Origin: Chloroflexota bacterium
GTDB taxonomy: Bacteria > Chloroflexota > Anaerolineae > UBA4142
DNA: 64,000 nt
NCBI GenBank assembly: GCA_037440625.1
Contig: JBBITT010000017.1
Span: forward strand, 1,767 to 65,766
Reading direction: 5' to 3'
Position 1 is the first letter of the stretch. Every line of letters starts with the position of its first letter. The translations under genes were made by a program, and so were the position numbers. Of the stretch, positions 1-8,567 are shown piece after piece. The notes below the pieces were generated by a model. The model saw only the letters and a program-made list of their open reading frames with translations. It did no database searches and was not told the DNA's origin.

Positions 1-705
1 GGCGCGAATGGCTCGGGCAAAAGTACGCTCTTGAAAATTCTGGATGCGTTGTACTTTCCGCAAACCGGTACCGTGCACGCGTTTGGTGAACCCTTAACCG
101 AAGCGGCGATGCAAGACCAAGCGCGCGCGTTTGAATTTCGGCGACGGGTAGGGCTGGTCTTTCAAGACCCAGACGTGCAACTCTTTTCGCCAACGGTGTG
201 GGACGAGGTAACCTTTGCGCCGTTGCATCTAGGCTTGCCAAAAAATGAAATCATCGAACGCAGCGAATGGGCGATGGACTTGTTGGGGATCACCAAACTA
301 CGCGACCGTGCGCCGCATCGCCTGAGTGGCGGCGAAAAGAAAAAAGTCGCGCTGGCTTCGATTTTATCGCTCCGTCCCGATGTGTGGTTACTTGATGAGC
401 CGACGGGGTCACTCGATCCACGCAGTCAATCGCGTTTACTCGACTTTATTGGCGAGTTGACCAAAGAAGGCAAGACGATCATCACGGCGACGCACGACCT
501 GGACATCGTTGAAGAGATTGCGGACCGGGTGGTAATGTTTTGCGAGGATCACGAAATTACTGGCGAGGGCGCACCGCGCGAGGTCTTGTCCGATTACGAT
601 CGGCTCATCGAATGCAACTTGATTCACGAGCATCGCCACAAACACGCCGACACCGAACACGTGCATCATCATTTGCACAAACCACCGCACGAACACGAAC
701 ATTGA
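1..705 (+). CDS. ECF/CbiO-type ABC transporter ATP-binding protein, 5' end cut by window edge, with His-rich C-terminal tail
   Basis: Frame 1 from nt 1 encodes Walker A GANGSGKST upstream of the listed ORF; ABC signature LSGGEKKK; Walker B VWLLDEPT; tail HEHRHKHADTEHVHHHLHKPPHEHEH. Confidence 0.85.
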   Translation, partial: GANGSGKSTLLKILDALYFPQTGTVHAFGEPLTEAAMQDQARAFEFRRRVGLVFQDPDVQLFSPTVWDEVTFAPLHLGLPKNEIIERSEWAMDLLGITKLRDRAPHRLSGGEKKKVALASILSLRPDVWLLDEPTGSLDPRSQSRLLDFIGELTKEGKTIITATHDLDIVEEIADRVVMFCEDHEITGEGAPREVLSDYDRLIECNLIHEHRHKHADTEHVHHHLHKPPHEHEH

Positions 706-734
706 AAAAGGGCTTGGAGATTCCAAGCCCTTTT
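706..734. terminator. Bidirectional hairpin between convergent ABC ATPase and rplS
   Basis: aaaagggcttgg-agatt-ccaagccctttt, 12-bp perfect stem with A/T runs on both sides. Confidence 0.7.
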
Positions 735-736
735 GC

Positions 737-1135
737 TTACTCTTCCGTTTTAGATTCAGTGGCTTCCGTTGGTTCGGCGGTTGCGACGACGCGCTTTTCA
801 CGCAGGCGAGCGGCTTTGCCGTGACGTCCACGCAAATAATACAACTGCGCCCGTCGAACGTGAGTGTGTCCCAACACTTCAATCTTTTCGATGCGCGGCG
901 AATTGAGCAAGAAGGTGCGCTCGACACCAATGCCGTGCGTCGCAATGCGGCGCACCGTAAAGCGACCATTCGCACCCTTGCCTTTATTCAGACGCATCAC
1001 CACACCCGGGAAAACCTGAATCCGTTCGCGATCCCCTTCGATGATACGCGTATGCACTTTGACACGATCGCCCGGTTGCAAATCGGGTAAATTTGATTTG
1101 AGTTGAGGTTTGGTCAGAGCCGAAACGAGATCCAT
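737..1135 (-). CDS. rplS: 50S ribosomal protein L19
   Basis: [30 protein letters not shown]...[14 protein letters not shown]...[11 protein letters not shown] is typical L19; acidic C-terminal extension. Confidence 0.95.
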   Translation of the reverse strand: MDLVSALTKPQLKSNLPDLQPGDRVKVHTRIIEGDRERIQVFPGVVMRLNKGKGANGRFTVRRIATHGIGVERTFLLNSPRIEKIEVLGHTHVRRAQLYYLRGRHGKAARLREKRVVATAEPTEATESKTEE

Positions 1136-1213
1136 CGCAACAACCTTCCTTCTAGATGATTCCTGTGAAACGGGCGCGATTATAACACGGAAACCCTAAT
1201 CACGCAAATACAA

Positions 1214-1239
1214 ACCTCAGAGCGACACGACTCTGAGGT
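1214..1239 (-). terminator. Rho-independent terminator downstream of tRNA-Leu
   Basis: acctcagag-cgacacga-ctctgaggt; on the minus strand the stem is followed by tttgtatttg. Confidence 0.6.
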
Positions 1240-1242
1240 CAG

Positions 1243-1326
1243 TGCCGAGCCAGGGACTTGAACCCTGATGGACTCTCGTCCACACGCCCCTGAAACGTGC
1301 GCGTCTGCCAATTCCGCCAGCTCGGC
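1243..1326 (-). tRNA. tRNA-Leu (anticodon CAG), class II with long variable arm, no encoded CCA
   Basis: Reverse complement GCCGAGC-TG-GCGGAATTGGCAGACGC-GCACGT/TTCAGGG/GCGTG-TGGACGAGAGTCCAT-CAGGGTTCAAGTCCCTG-GCTCGGC-A; 7-bp acceptor, TPsiC loop TTCAAGT, anticodon loop TTCAGGG. Confidence 0.92.
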
Positions 1327-1387
1327 GTTCAAGCGCATTGTATTCTAAATATCCGATTTGTCAAACCTACCGTTCCTAAAAACAAAG

Positions 1388-1415
1388 AAAACTTCCCAAG
1401 AATCTGGGAAGTTTT
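1388..1415. other. Orphan 11-bp hairpin in the 5' region of the cupredoxin gene
   Basis: aaaacttccca-agaatc-tgggaagtttt; lies inside the N-terminal extension of ORF 1358, arguing for the downstream start. Confidence 0.4.
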
Positions 1416-1486
1416 GCTCTTGTGCTTGGGATGTTCCATCAATTAGGATCAGTCTACAAAATCAAAATTCCCCCAAGGAGGAGAAT

Positions 1487-2362
1487 GTGAACCAGCAAAA
1501 ATCATATTGGCTCGGAGCAATTGCTATCATTGCGATAGCGATGCTCGTGCTGACGAGTGCATGTGCACCCACCCCCACGCCGACCCCCGTGCCGCCCACG
1601 GCCACAGTCGCGCCGGCGATTCCAGAGGTAACGATCAACGCCGCCGATTTTAGTTACACGGCGCCTGATTCGATCAATGCCGGTTGGGTCCGCATCAAAT
1701 TGACCAACACGGGGCAGGAACCACACCATGTCCAGTTCTTACGTTTGAATGACGGCGTAACGCTCGCCCAATTCCAGGACGCTTTGAAACAAGGACCTGG
1801 TCCCGCTTTGGCGATTACAAAAGAGATGGGCGGCGTAGGCGCGATTGCACCGAATGGCACCGCTCAAGTCGTCATCAACTTGACGGCGGGCGACTATGTG
1901 ATCTTGTGCTTTGTTGAATCGCCAAGCGATCATTTGCCGCATCTCGCAAAAGGTATGATCAAGCCCATTAGTGTCAAAGCCGGGACTGGGTCAGCCAACG
2001 AACCCGTCGCGACGACGACATTGCGATTAAAAGATTTCCAATTTGAGATGGCGGATACCTTGTCCGCCGGCAAGACGGTGATCAAAGTAGTCAACGAAGG
2101 CAAGGAAGGACACGAATGGAATATTCTCCAACTTGCCGAAGGTAAAACGTTACAAGACGTAACGCAATTCATGTCCAAGCCGGCAGGTCCGCCCCCCTTT
2201 GTCCCGGTGGGAGGAATGAACGGGTTGGCACCTGGTGGGGTGGGCTATGCCGAACTCGATCTCAAGCCCGGCAAGTACGTGGCGATCTGCAACATCCCCG
2301 AACCGAATAGCGGCAAAGCCCATTCAGAATTGGGAATGATCAAAGAATTCACCGTGAAATAG
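1487..2362 (+). CDS. Lipoprotein with two tandem cupredoxin-like (type-1 copper) domains
   Basis: GTG at 1487 is 4 nt after AAGGAGGA; signal plus lipobox LTSAC and Pro/Thr tether; each half has an upstream His (EPHHVQF / EGHEWNI) and C-x10-H-x4-M (CFVESPSDHLPHLAKGM / CNIPEPNSGKAHSELGM). Confidence 0.6.
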   Translation: MNQQKSYWLGAIAIIAIAMLVLTSACAPTPTPTPVPPTATVAPAIPEVTINAADFSYTAPDSINAGWVRIKLTNTGQEPHHVQFLRLNDGVTLAQFQDALKQGPGPALAITKEMGGVGAIAPNGTAQVVINLTAGDYVILCFVESPSDHLPHLAKGMIKPISVKAGTGSANEPVATTTLRLKDFQFEMADTLSAGKTVIKVVNEGKEGHEWNILQLAEGKTLQDVTQFMSKPAGPPPFVPVGGMNGLAPGGVGYAELDLKPGKYVAICNIPEPNSGKAHSELGMIKEFTVK

Positions 2363-2389
2363 TTCGCTTATACATTGCTTTTGCGCGCA

Positions 2390-2421
2390 AGACCCGAAGG
2401 GTTTAAAAGCCCTTTGGGTCT
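2390..2421 (+). terminator. Hairpin terminator after the cupredoxin gene
   Basis: agacccgaaggg-tttaaaag-ccctttgggtct. Confidence 0.55.
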
Positions 2422-2429
2422 GCTACAAT
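2421..2429 (+). promoter_or_regulatory. Candidate extended -10 (TGcTACAAT) upstream of the histidine kinase
   Basis: tgctacaat immediately after the terminator hairpin; no clear -35. Confidence 0.3.
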
Positions 2430-2531
2430 CGGATATGCCATTGTAAAACCTATCTACCTATGGTATCCTCTTGGCCACGTTAACCCCAACGGTATCGTTG
2501 AAACGAAGCTGTGGGATTTCAGGAGTGGCAT

Positions 2532-4850
2532 GTGCGTGTGAGGCACTTTCGTGTTGCTGGATGGGTGCTGGCGCTTTCGATCGTGATGCTGTTTCTGGCG
2601 GCGATTCGCGTATGGCGCGTGGTTGCTCAGCCATCCGATGGCGCACGGTTGGACTATGGGGACTCGCCGGTCATTTGGACACGCGAAGGTGTGGTCATCG
2701 TCCCGATCGAGTCGCAACCCGATGGATTGCACCGGAACGATATAGTGACCGCGCTAGATGGGCAACGTTTGGAAAATTGGGCGCGTCTCTTTTTTCAACC
2801 GGCGCTCACCGACACGCAATTCGATTTTAATCAAACGGTGGCGTACACGATTCTGCGCAATGGACACACGCTGAATCGAGCCATAACATTGGGCGCGTTT
2901 CCACTCGGAGCGTTTTTGGCGCAGCAGTGGGGAAATCTGCTTTTCATTTTGCCCGCGCTGGCGATTGCCGGGTTCGTCTTTGCCCGTCGCCCTAACGAAC
3001 TTGCCGCTCAATTGTTTCTGCTCTTGGTGACTTGCCTTTCTTCCGCCGGCGTGATTTGGGTTTTGGGAACCGGCGTGCCGGAATTTGCCGCGCCATTCGA
3101 TTTCTGGTTTTTTCGATTGACATCGTACGGGCTTGCCTTGCTGTTGCCGGGACTCACACTTCACTTTGCATTAATTTTTCCGCGCCCACATCCCTTCCTT
3201 ACTCGTTACCGTTTTATTGTTCCCCTGGGGTACGCGATGCCTTATCTGGTGCTGGCTCTGCACTTGGGCGCAATGCCCAGAGGCGAGGGACAATGGCTGG
3301 AATGGCTAGGCGGATGGGCAATCGCCAGCGACCGGGTCAATGCCGGATATTTGGTTTTAGCGATTCTGGGCTTGGTGTCCAACTATCGTAACATCCGGCA
3401 CGATACGACGGCGCGTTTGCAGGCACGCTGGGTCGTGTTGGGCTTGAGCATCACTTGCGGATTATTCTTGATGCTGACAGTTCTCCCCAAGTTAGTGTTG
3501 GGTTATCCACAACTTGATCGGACGCGCTTTGGACTGCTCACGCTGCCGGTCCCAGTCTGTATGGGAGTTGCCATTTTGCGTTCTCACTTGTTCGACCTAG
3601 ACCTGATTATCAACCGAGCGTTGGTCTATACCGCCCTCAGTGCCGTCACGATGGGAATGTACATCGCGATTGTTGGCGCGCTGGGGATGGCATTCGAAGC
3701 AAGTGGAAGCCCCCTCGCGTTCTTTTTGGCGACTGGGGTGGTCGCGGTGCTGTTCCAACCGATTCGCGAACGCCTTCAGCGCGGGGTCAATCGTCTGATG
3801 TACGGCGAACGCGATGATCCATACGCGGTGCTGGCGCAATTGGGGCAACGCTTGGAAACGACCTTGGCGCCGGACGCCGTCTTGCCTACCATCGTTGAAA
3901 CAATCGCGCGCGCCCTCAAATTACCCTACGTCGCGCTCGCGGTGCCAACCTCCGAGGGGAATCTGCAAACCGTCGCGGAATTCCGGCAATCGCCAAGCGC
4001 AAACGAGGCTCCGGCGGAATTGAAATTACCGTTGACCTACCAAGGCGAAATGGTCGGACAACTGGGTCTTGCCCCGCGCGCGCCCGGCGAATCGTTCTCT
4101 TTTGCCGATCGGCGTTTGCTGGACGATCTGGCACGCCGAGCCGGCGCGGCGGTGTATGCCGTGGGCTTGTCGCGCGATCTGCAACGTTCCCGCGAACGAC
4201 TGGTTCTTGCGCGCGAAGAAGAACGGCGCCGTTTGCGTCGCGATTTGCATGATGATCTGGCACCCACCCTTGCCTCACTCGGTTTGACTGCCAGCACAGC
4301 GGCTGATTTGATTCCAACAGACCCGGCAACAGCGACGATGCTGGTCCAAGAGTTACACGCCGAGATTCGTGCAGCCGTTGGGAACATTCGCCGGCTGGTG
4401 TACGATCTGCGCCCGCCAACGCTCGATGAACTGGGGTTGCTAGCCGCCGTACGCGAACGCGCCGCTCACTATTCGAATGCGCCAGGCGGTTTGCGCGTTA
4501 CAGTGGAGGCATCTGCCGAATTGCTGTCCTTGCCGGCGGCGGTCGAAGTGGCGGCCTATCGCATTGTGCAAGAAGCCTTGGAGAATGTTGCCCGGCATGC
4601 CCAAGCGCGCCACTGTTCCGTTCGATTCGTGTACGATGATGCGCTGGAAATCCAAGTGAACGACGATGGCATCGGATTGCCGCTCCACTTGAAACCGGGG
4701 GTGGGTTTGCGTTCGATGCGTGAGCGTGCAGCAGAATTGGGGGGGAATTGTGTGATCGAACGCGGCGCGAACGGCGGCACCATGGTGCGCGCACGTTTGC
4801 CGTGTTGTGGAGATTACGATGGAACCGTTATGCGTATTGATCGCGGATGA
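2532..4850 (+). CDS. Polytopic membrane sensor histidine kinase, NarL/HisKA_3 type
   Basis: Many N-terminal hydrophobic helices; H-box LRRDLHDDLAPTLASL; HATPase region EALENVARHA...DDGIGL...GVGLRSMRERA; GTG 2532 follows AGGAG (the ORF track starts at 2511). Confidence 0.85.
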   Translation: MRVRHFRVAGWVLALSIVMLFLAAIRVWRVVAQPSDGARLDYGDSPVIWTREGVVIVPIESQPDGLHRNDIVTALDGQRLENWARLFFQPALTDTQFDFNQTVAYTILRNGHTLNRAITLGAFPLGAFLAQQWGNLLFILPALAIAGFVFARRPNELAAQLFLLLVTCLSSAGVIWVLGTGVPEFAAPFDFWFFRLTSYGLALLLPGLTLHFALIFPRPHPFLTRYRFIVPLGYAMPYLVLALHLGAMPRGEGQWLEWLGGWAIASDRVNAGYLVLAILGLVSNYRNIRHDTTARLQARWVVLGLSITCGLFLMLTVLPKLVLGYPQLDRTRFGLLTLPVPVCMGVAILRSHLFDLDLIINRALVYTALSAVTMGMYIAIVGALGMAFEASGSPLAFFLATGVVAVLFQPIRERLQRGVNRLMYGERDDPYAVLAQLGQRLETTLAPDAVLPTIVETIARALKLPYVALAVPTSEGNLQTVAEFRQSPSANEAPAELKLPLTYQGEMVGQLGLAPRAPGESFSFADRRLLDDLARRAGAAVYAVGLSRDLQRSRERLVLAREEERRRLRRDLHDDLAPTLASLGLTASTAADLIPTDPATATMLVQELHAEIRAAVGNIRRLVYDLRPPTLDELGLLAAVRERAAHYSNAPGGLRVTVEASAELLSLPAAVEVAAYRIVQEALENVARHAQARHCSVRFVYDDALEIQVNDDGIGLPLHLKPGVGLRSMRERAAELGGNCVIERGANGGTMVRARLPCCGDYDGTVMRIDRG

Positions 4851-5466
4851 TCATCCGCTTTTTCGTCACGGCTTGCGCGAGTTTTTGAATCTTGCGCCCG
4901 ATATTCAATGGGTTGGCGAAGCCGCCAGCGGTGAGGAAGCGATTGCTCAAGCCGAAGCCCTTCAGCCCGATGTGGTTTTGATGGATGTCAAGATGCCGGG
5001 CATCAATGGCATTGAGGCGACGCGGCGCATCTTGCACGATTCGCCCCATATTCGCGTTCTGGTCGTTACCATGTTCGAGGATGATGGCTCGGTCTTTGCG
5101 GCGATGCGGGCCGGTGCACGTGGATACATTCTCAAAGACGCGGAGAAGGAAAACATCCTGCGCGCGATTCGTGCGGTGGGGAATGGCGAGGCGATTTTTA
5201 GTCCAACGATTGCAACGCGCTTGATGGATTATTTTGCTTCGCAATCGTCGGCGCTGCCCAAAGAAATCTTTCCATCGCTCACGGAACGCGAGCGCGAAAT
5301 TCTCCATCTCATCGCGCGCGGTCAATCGAATGCCGAAATCGCACGCGAACTCGCACTGAGCCCCAAGACGGTGTACAACTATGTCTCGAACATTCTGAGC
5401 AAACTGCAGGTGGCGGATCGTGCGCAAGCCATCATTCGCGCGCGTGAAGCCGGGTTGGGCAAGTAG
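4819..5466 (+). CDS. NarL/LuxR-family response regulator
   Basis: Receiver VLIADDHPLF...DVVLMDVKMPG; C-terminal HTH LTEREREILHLIARGQSNAEIARELALSPKTVYNYVSNI; ATG 4819 is preceded by GGAG. Confidence 0.9.
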   Translation: MEPLCVLIADDHPLFRHGLREFLNLAPDIQWVGEAASGEEAIAQAEALQPDVVLMDVKMPGINGIEATRRILHDSPHIRVLVVTMFEDDGSVFAAMRAGARGYILKDAEKENILRAIRAVGNGEAIFSPTIATRLMDYFASQSSALPKEIFPSLTEREREILHLIARGQSNAEIARELALSPKTVYNYVSNILSKLQVADRAQAIIRAREAGLGK

Positions 5467-5508
5467 CTTCCTCTTTGCGGTGGAATGTTCTAGACTGTGT
5501 GCGCCAAC

Positions 5509-6132
5509 TTATGAAAATCGTTCTTCGACCCACGGGTCACCGCGCATGTGGTATCCGTATCCTTCCCAGAATCCCGGCTTGTCGTTCGCCATAAACTCGA
5601 TGCCGCGCAGCCATTTGGCGGATTTCCAAAAATAGAGATGCGGAACCAACAAGCGCAATGGGTAACCGTGCTCCGGCTCCAACGGTTTGTCGTCGTACTT
5701 GTACGCGAGCATGACGTTGGGCTTGAGCATTTCGTCAAGCGGAACGTTCGCGGTGAATCCATACTCGCAATGCGCCATAATGAATTTCGCTTCAGGTTTT
5801 GGTTTCGTGTTTTCCATCACCCACGACCACGGCACACCTTCCCACGCCGTATCGAACTTGCTCCAGCGCGTAACGCAATGAATGTCGGTTACCACACGCA
5901 CGGTCGGTAATCTTAAAAACTCTTCCCAGGTGAGCCGAATTGGGTTTTCCACCCAGCCCCAGATTTTGAAATCCCACGTCTTGGGATCGAACGGTGGCAC
6001 ACTGCCGTAATGCAAGACCGGAAATTTCTCCGTGAGGTATTGACCGGGCGGAAGCCGTCCGCCCTTGGGATCAAATGGGCGCGAGGGATTGGCGCGTTTT
6101 AATCGCAGAACTTTATCGAGTGGATTATCCAT
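5509..6132 (-). CDS. Sulfite-oxidase-like molybdopterin-binding oxidoreductase (small soluble type)
   Basis: PPGQYLTEKFPVLHYG...TWDFKIWGWV...TDIHCVTRWSK...GYPLRLLVPHLYFWKSAKWL; AGGAG before the ATG. Confidence 0.75.
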   Translation of the reverse strand: MDNPLDKVLRLKRANPSRPFDPKGGRLPPGQYLTEKFPVLHYGSVPPFDPKTWDFKIWGWVENPIRLTWEEFLRLPTVRVVTDIHCVTRWSKFDTAWEGVPWSWVMENTKPKPEAKFIMAHCEYGFTANVPLDEMLKPNVMLAYKYDDKPLEPEHGYPLRLLVPHLYFWKSAKWLRGIEFMANDKPGFWEGYGYHMRGDPWVEERFS

Positions 6133-6154
6133 CGGTTACTCCTGAAAGAAAATA

Positions 6155-6212
6155 GGTTCGTCGTGGCACAATTCATCGCGCTGTCTGAATTGGCGATAAA
6201 TCGCTACAAACC
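6155..6212. repeat. Structured dispersed repeat, copy 1 (GGTTCGT...ACAAACC family)
   Basis: ggttcgtcgtggcacaattcatcgcg...ggcgataaatcgctacaaacc aligns with 19211..19274. Confidence 0.55.
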
Positions 6213-6337
6213 AAACGCATTTTTCGCCGCACGGCGAATGAACAACGCTGGCTATCACATTACGCACCAATTATAGATTTTGGTTTGTCCTTGTCAATAG
6301 GTTATGGCTTTTGGCGGGATTGTTGTATAATGATGCC

Positions 6338-6958
6338 ATGCACCCAGTCCTGATTGGCGTGGCCGGTGGTTCCGGCTCTGGCAAGACCACTGTTTCGCAA
6401 GCGATTCTTGATCAAGTGGGGCGCGATCGCATTGCGTACCTTCAGCACGATGCGTACTATCACGACCGCAGTCATTTGCCGCTTGAAGCGCGCGCCCAAA
6501 TCAATTACGATCATCCCGATTCGCTCGATACCGATTTGTTGATTGAGCATCTCCGCGCGTTGCGGGCGGGGCAACCGATTCAAGCCCCGGTGTACGATTT
6601 TGCGCAACACGTTCGCAAAGCGGAAACGCGCCGCATCGAACCTCGACCGATTATTCTGCTCGAAGGCATTTTGATTTTTGTGGATCGCACCTTGCGCGAA
6701 CTGTTTGATATTAAAATCTTTGTGGACACGGATGCCGACATTCGCTTTATTCGCCGTCTGCAACGGGATATTACCGAGCGCGGGCGCACGATGGAATCGG
6801 TGGTGGCACAATATCAAGCCACGGTCCGCCCGATGCACCTTGAATTTGTCGAGCCGAGCAAACGTTACGCCGATATTATCATTCCCGAAGGTGGCTTTAA
6901 CACCATCGCGATTGATATGATTGTCGCGCGCATCAACGCGATGCTGCGCGAACGCTAA
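6338..6958 (+). CDS. udk: Uridine kinase
   Basis: P-loop VLIGVAGGSGSGKTT, YDHPDSLD, FVDTDADIRFIRRLQRDI; ATG 6338 lies 7 nt after TATAAT (6326-6331), so a leaderless start is possible; the ORF track starts at TTG 6311. Confidence 0.9.
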   Translation: MHPVLIGVAGGSGSGKTTVSQAILDQVGRDRIAYLQHDAYYHDRSHLPLEARAQINYDHPDSLDTDLLIEHLRALRAGQPIQAPVYDFAQHVRKAETRRIEPRPIILLEGILIFVDRTLRELFDIKIFVDTDADIRFIRRLQRDITERGRTMESVVAQYQATVRPMHLEFVEPSKRYADIIIPEGGFNTIAIDMIVARINAMLRER

Positions 6959-7075
6959 GCCTCGCTTTCGTACCCTCGCCTGACCAATAAGAATGGGCGT
7001 GCCTTGAGCGGCTGGGCTAGCCACATTGCCTATTTGACAGCGCAGGTGCGAAATCTAGGCTAAGAGCAAAGCGAG

Positions 7076-8566
7076 TTGTCAACCTCATCTGCTGTGACAC
7101 CGGAATCCCCTCTGGCTCACCGAGTTGTTCGGGGTGGCTTGGTGGTTGCCATCGCATCCTACGCGACCATTGTCATCGGTTTTATCGCCACGATTGTTAT
7201 GGCGCGCCTGGTTGCCCCGCGCGATTTTGGCACGCTCGCCATCGCCTCTTTTTTGTTTGGCATTCTCAATGTACGCACCAAGATCGGCATCGGCCAAGCC
7301 TTTGTTCATCATTCCGAGACGAATGAACGTACCGCCGGCACCTTGCTTACGCTCGATCTGGGGGCTGGCGCGCTGAGTCTGTTGCTTGCTCTCATTGCCG
7401 CGCCGATTCTGCGTTGGCTGGGTTACGCGGATGAGGTCGTCTGGGTGACGCTTGCCCTCGCGCTGATCGGGATGATGGATGCTGGGGCTGGCACGCCCGG
7501 CATTCTGCTCGATAAAAATTTGCGGCTGGGTCAAACGACAACGGTGACAGCGTTGAGTCTAGCCCTCTCGTACGTGCCAACATTTTATTTAGCGTGGCGC
7601 GGGTGGGGGGTGTGGAGTCTGGTCGCGCAATCTGCGCTCCAAACCTTTTTGATCTTGCTGGGCGTTTGGTGGCTGGTACGCCGACATTTGCCGGCATTAG
7701 TGTGCGTGCGTTGGAGATGGGACGCGCCGCTCGCCAAAACGTACCTGCGTTTTGGTGTGATTGCCGGGAGTGCGATGATTGCCGGCTTTCTCACGACCCA
7801 GTTTGATAATTTTCTCGTCGGCACGTTCGTCGGTTTGACGACGCTGGGCTTTTATGATCGCGCGTACCGCTTTGCGTCATGGCCCAACTTGCTTGTCTCG
7901 AACGTGGTGGCGCGCACGTCGTTCTTTGCGTACGCACGGCTGCAAGACGACCGCGCGCGTTTATCGAAAACGTTGGAGATGACGTTGTGGATCATTACGA
8001 CGCTGGCATTGCCGTTGGCATTGGTCATCTTTGTAACCGCGCCTGACCTCATCGTTTTTTTGATTGGTGAACAATGGTTACCATCCGCCATCTTTTTGCG
8101 TTTTCTCGTCATCTTTTCGTTGATTCGACCGTTGCAGGATGACATTGGCGGACTTTTGATTGCGCTCGGCAAGCCGCATCTCGTTTCGATTTCGGCGTGG
8201 TTTCAATCCTTCGTGTTGATTATCGTCGCAACGATCTTGACCTGGATGTTTGGCGCAGTCGGCACAGCGATTGGCGTGGGCGTTGCGTTTATCGTGGGGT
8301 GTGCGCTGTTTTACGTTTGGGTCGCACGCGCGGTGGATATTCCCTGGAGACGCGCGCTCATTCGGCCGATAGGGATTACCGTATTGACCATTGCGCTGTA
8401 TCTCTGGGTTGTCGCATGGCTGGATTGGAATGCACTGCCGTTAATCGTTCGGCTTGCACTCAAAACGGGTTTCACGTTGCTTGTGTTCTATGGCTTGACG
8501 TTGCTCACGCAAGCGAAATTGTTTTTTGAACGCGTGCGCTATGTGTGGCAATTGGCGCGGGGATAG
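7076..8566 (+). CDS. Wzx-type polysaccharide flippase (MOP superfamily)
   Basis: 496 aa, about 12-14 hydrophobic helices, first gene of a glycosyltransferase cluster; TTGACA-16-TAGGCT at 7034..7061 is a possible promoter. Confidence 0.7.
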   Translation: MSTSSAVTPESPLAHRVVRGGLVVAIASYATIVIGFIATIVMARLVAPRDFGTLAIASFLFGILNVRTKIGIGQAFVHHSETNERTAGTLLTLDLGAGALSLLLALIAAPILRWLGYADEVVWVTLALALIGMMDAGAGTPGILLDKNLRLGQTTTVTALSLALSYVPTFYLAWRGWGVWSLVAQSALQTFLILLGVWWLVRRHLPALVCVRWRWDAPLAKTYLRFGVIAGSAMIAGFLTTQFDNFLVGTFVGLTTLGFYDRAYRFASWPNLLVSNVVARTSFFAYARLQDDRARLSKTLEMTLWIITTLALPLALVIFVTAPDLIVFLIGEQWLPSAIFLRFLVIFSLIRPLQDDIGGLLIALGKPHLVSISAWFQSFVLIIVATILTWMFGAVGTAIGVGVAFIVGCALFYVWVARAVDIPWRRALIRPIGITVLTIALYLWVVAWLDWNALPLIVRLALKTGFTLLVFYGLTLLTQAKLFFERVRYVWQLARG

Positions 8567-8567
8567 A

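Noticed and set aside
1243-1326. tRNA-Leu as the integration site of a genomic island.
   Set aside because: There is no integrase, no phage or IS genes, and no visible direct repeat of the tRNA 3' end in the window. The neighbouring genes are ordinary.
1358-1486. N-terminal extensions of ORF-track models: 1358 against 1487, 9707 against 10013, 13357 against 13480, 14427 against 14568, 15713 against 15848, 24151 against 24211, 47974 against 48154 and 39640 against 39577.
   Set aside because: The extensions overlap the upstream gene or repeat and hairpin elements, and they lack homology-like sequence. The downstream starts have SD sequences or ATGA/GTGA coupling and begin exactly where the domain-like sequence starts.
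4807-4850. The 44-nt overlap between the kinase and the response regulator as a programmed frameshift or fusion.
   Set aside because: The regulator has its own GGAG-spaced ATG at 4819. A short overlap is normal translational coupling for two-component pairs.
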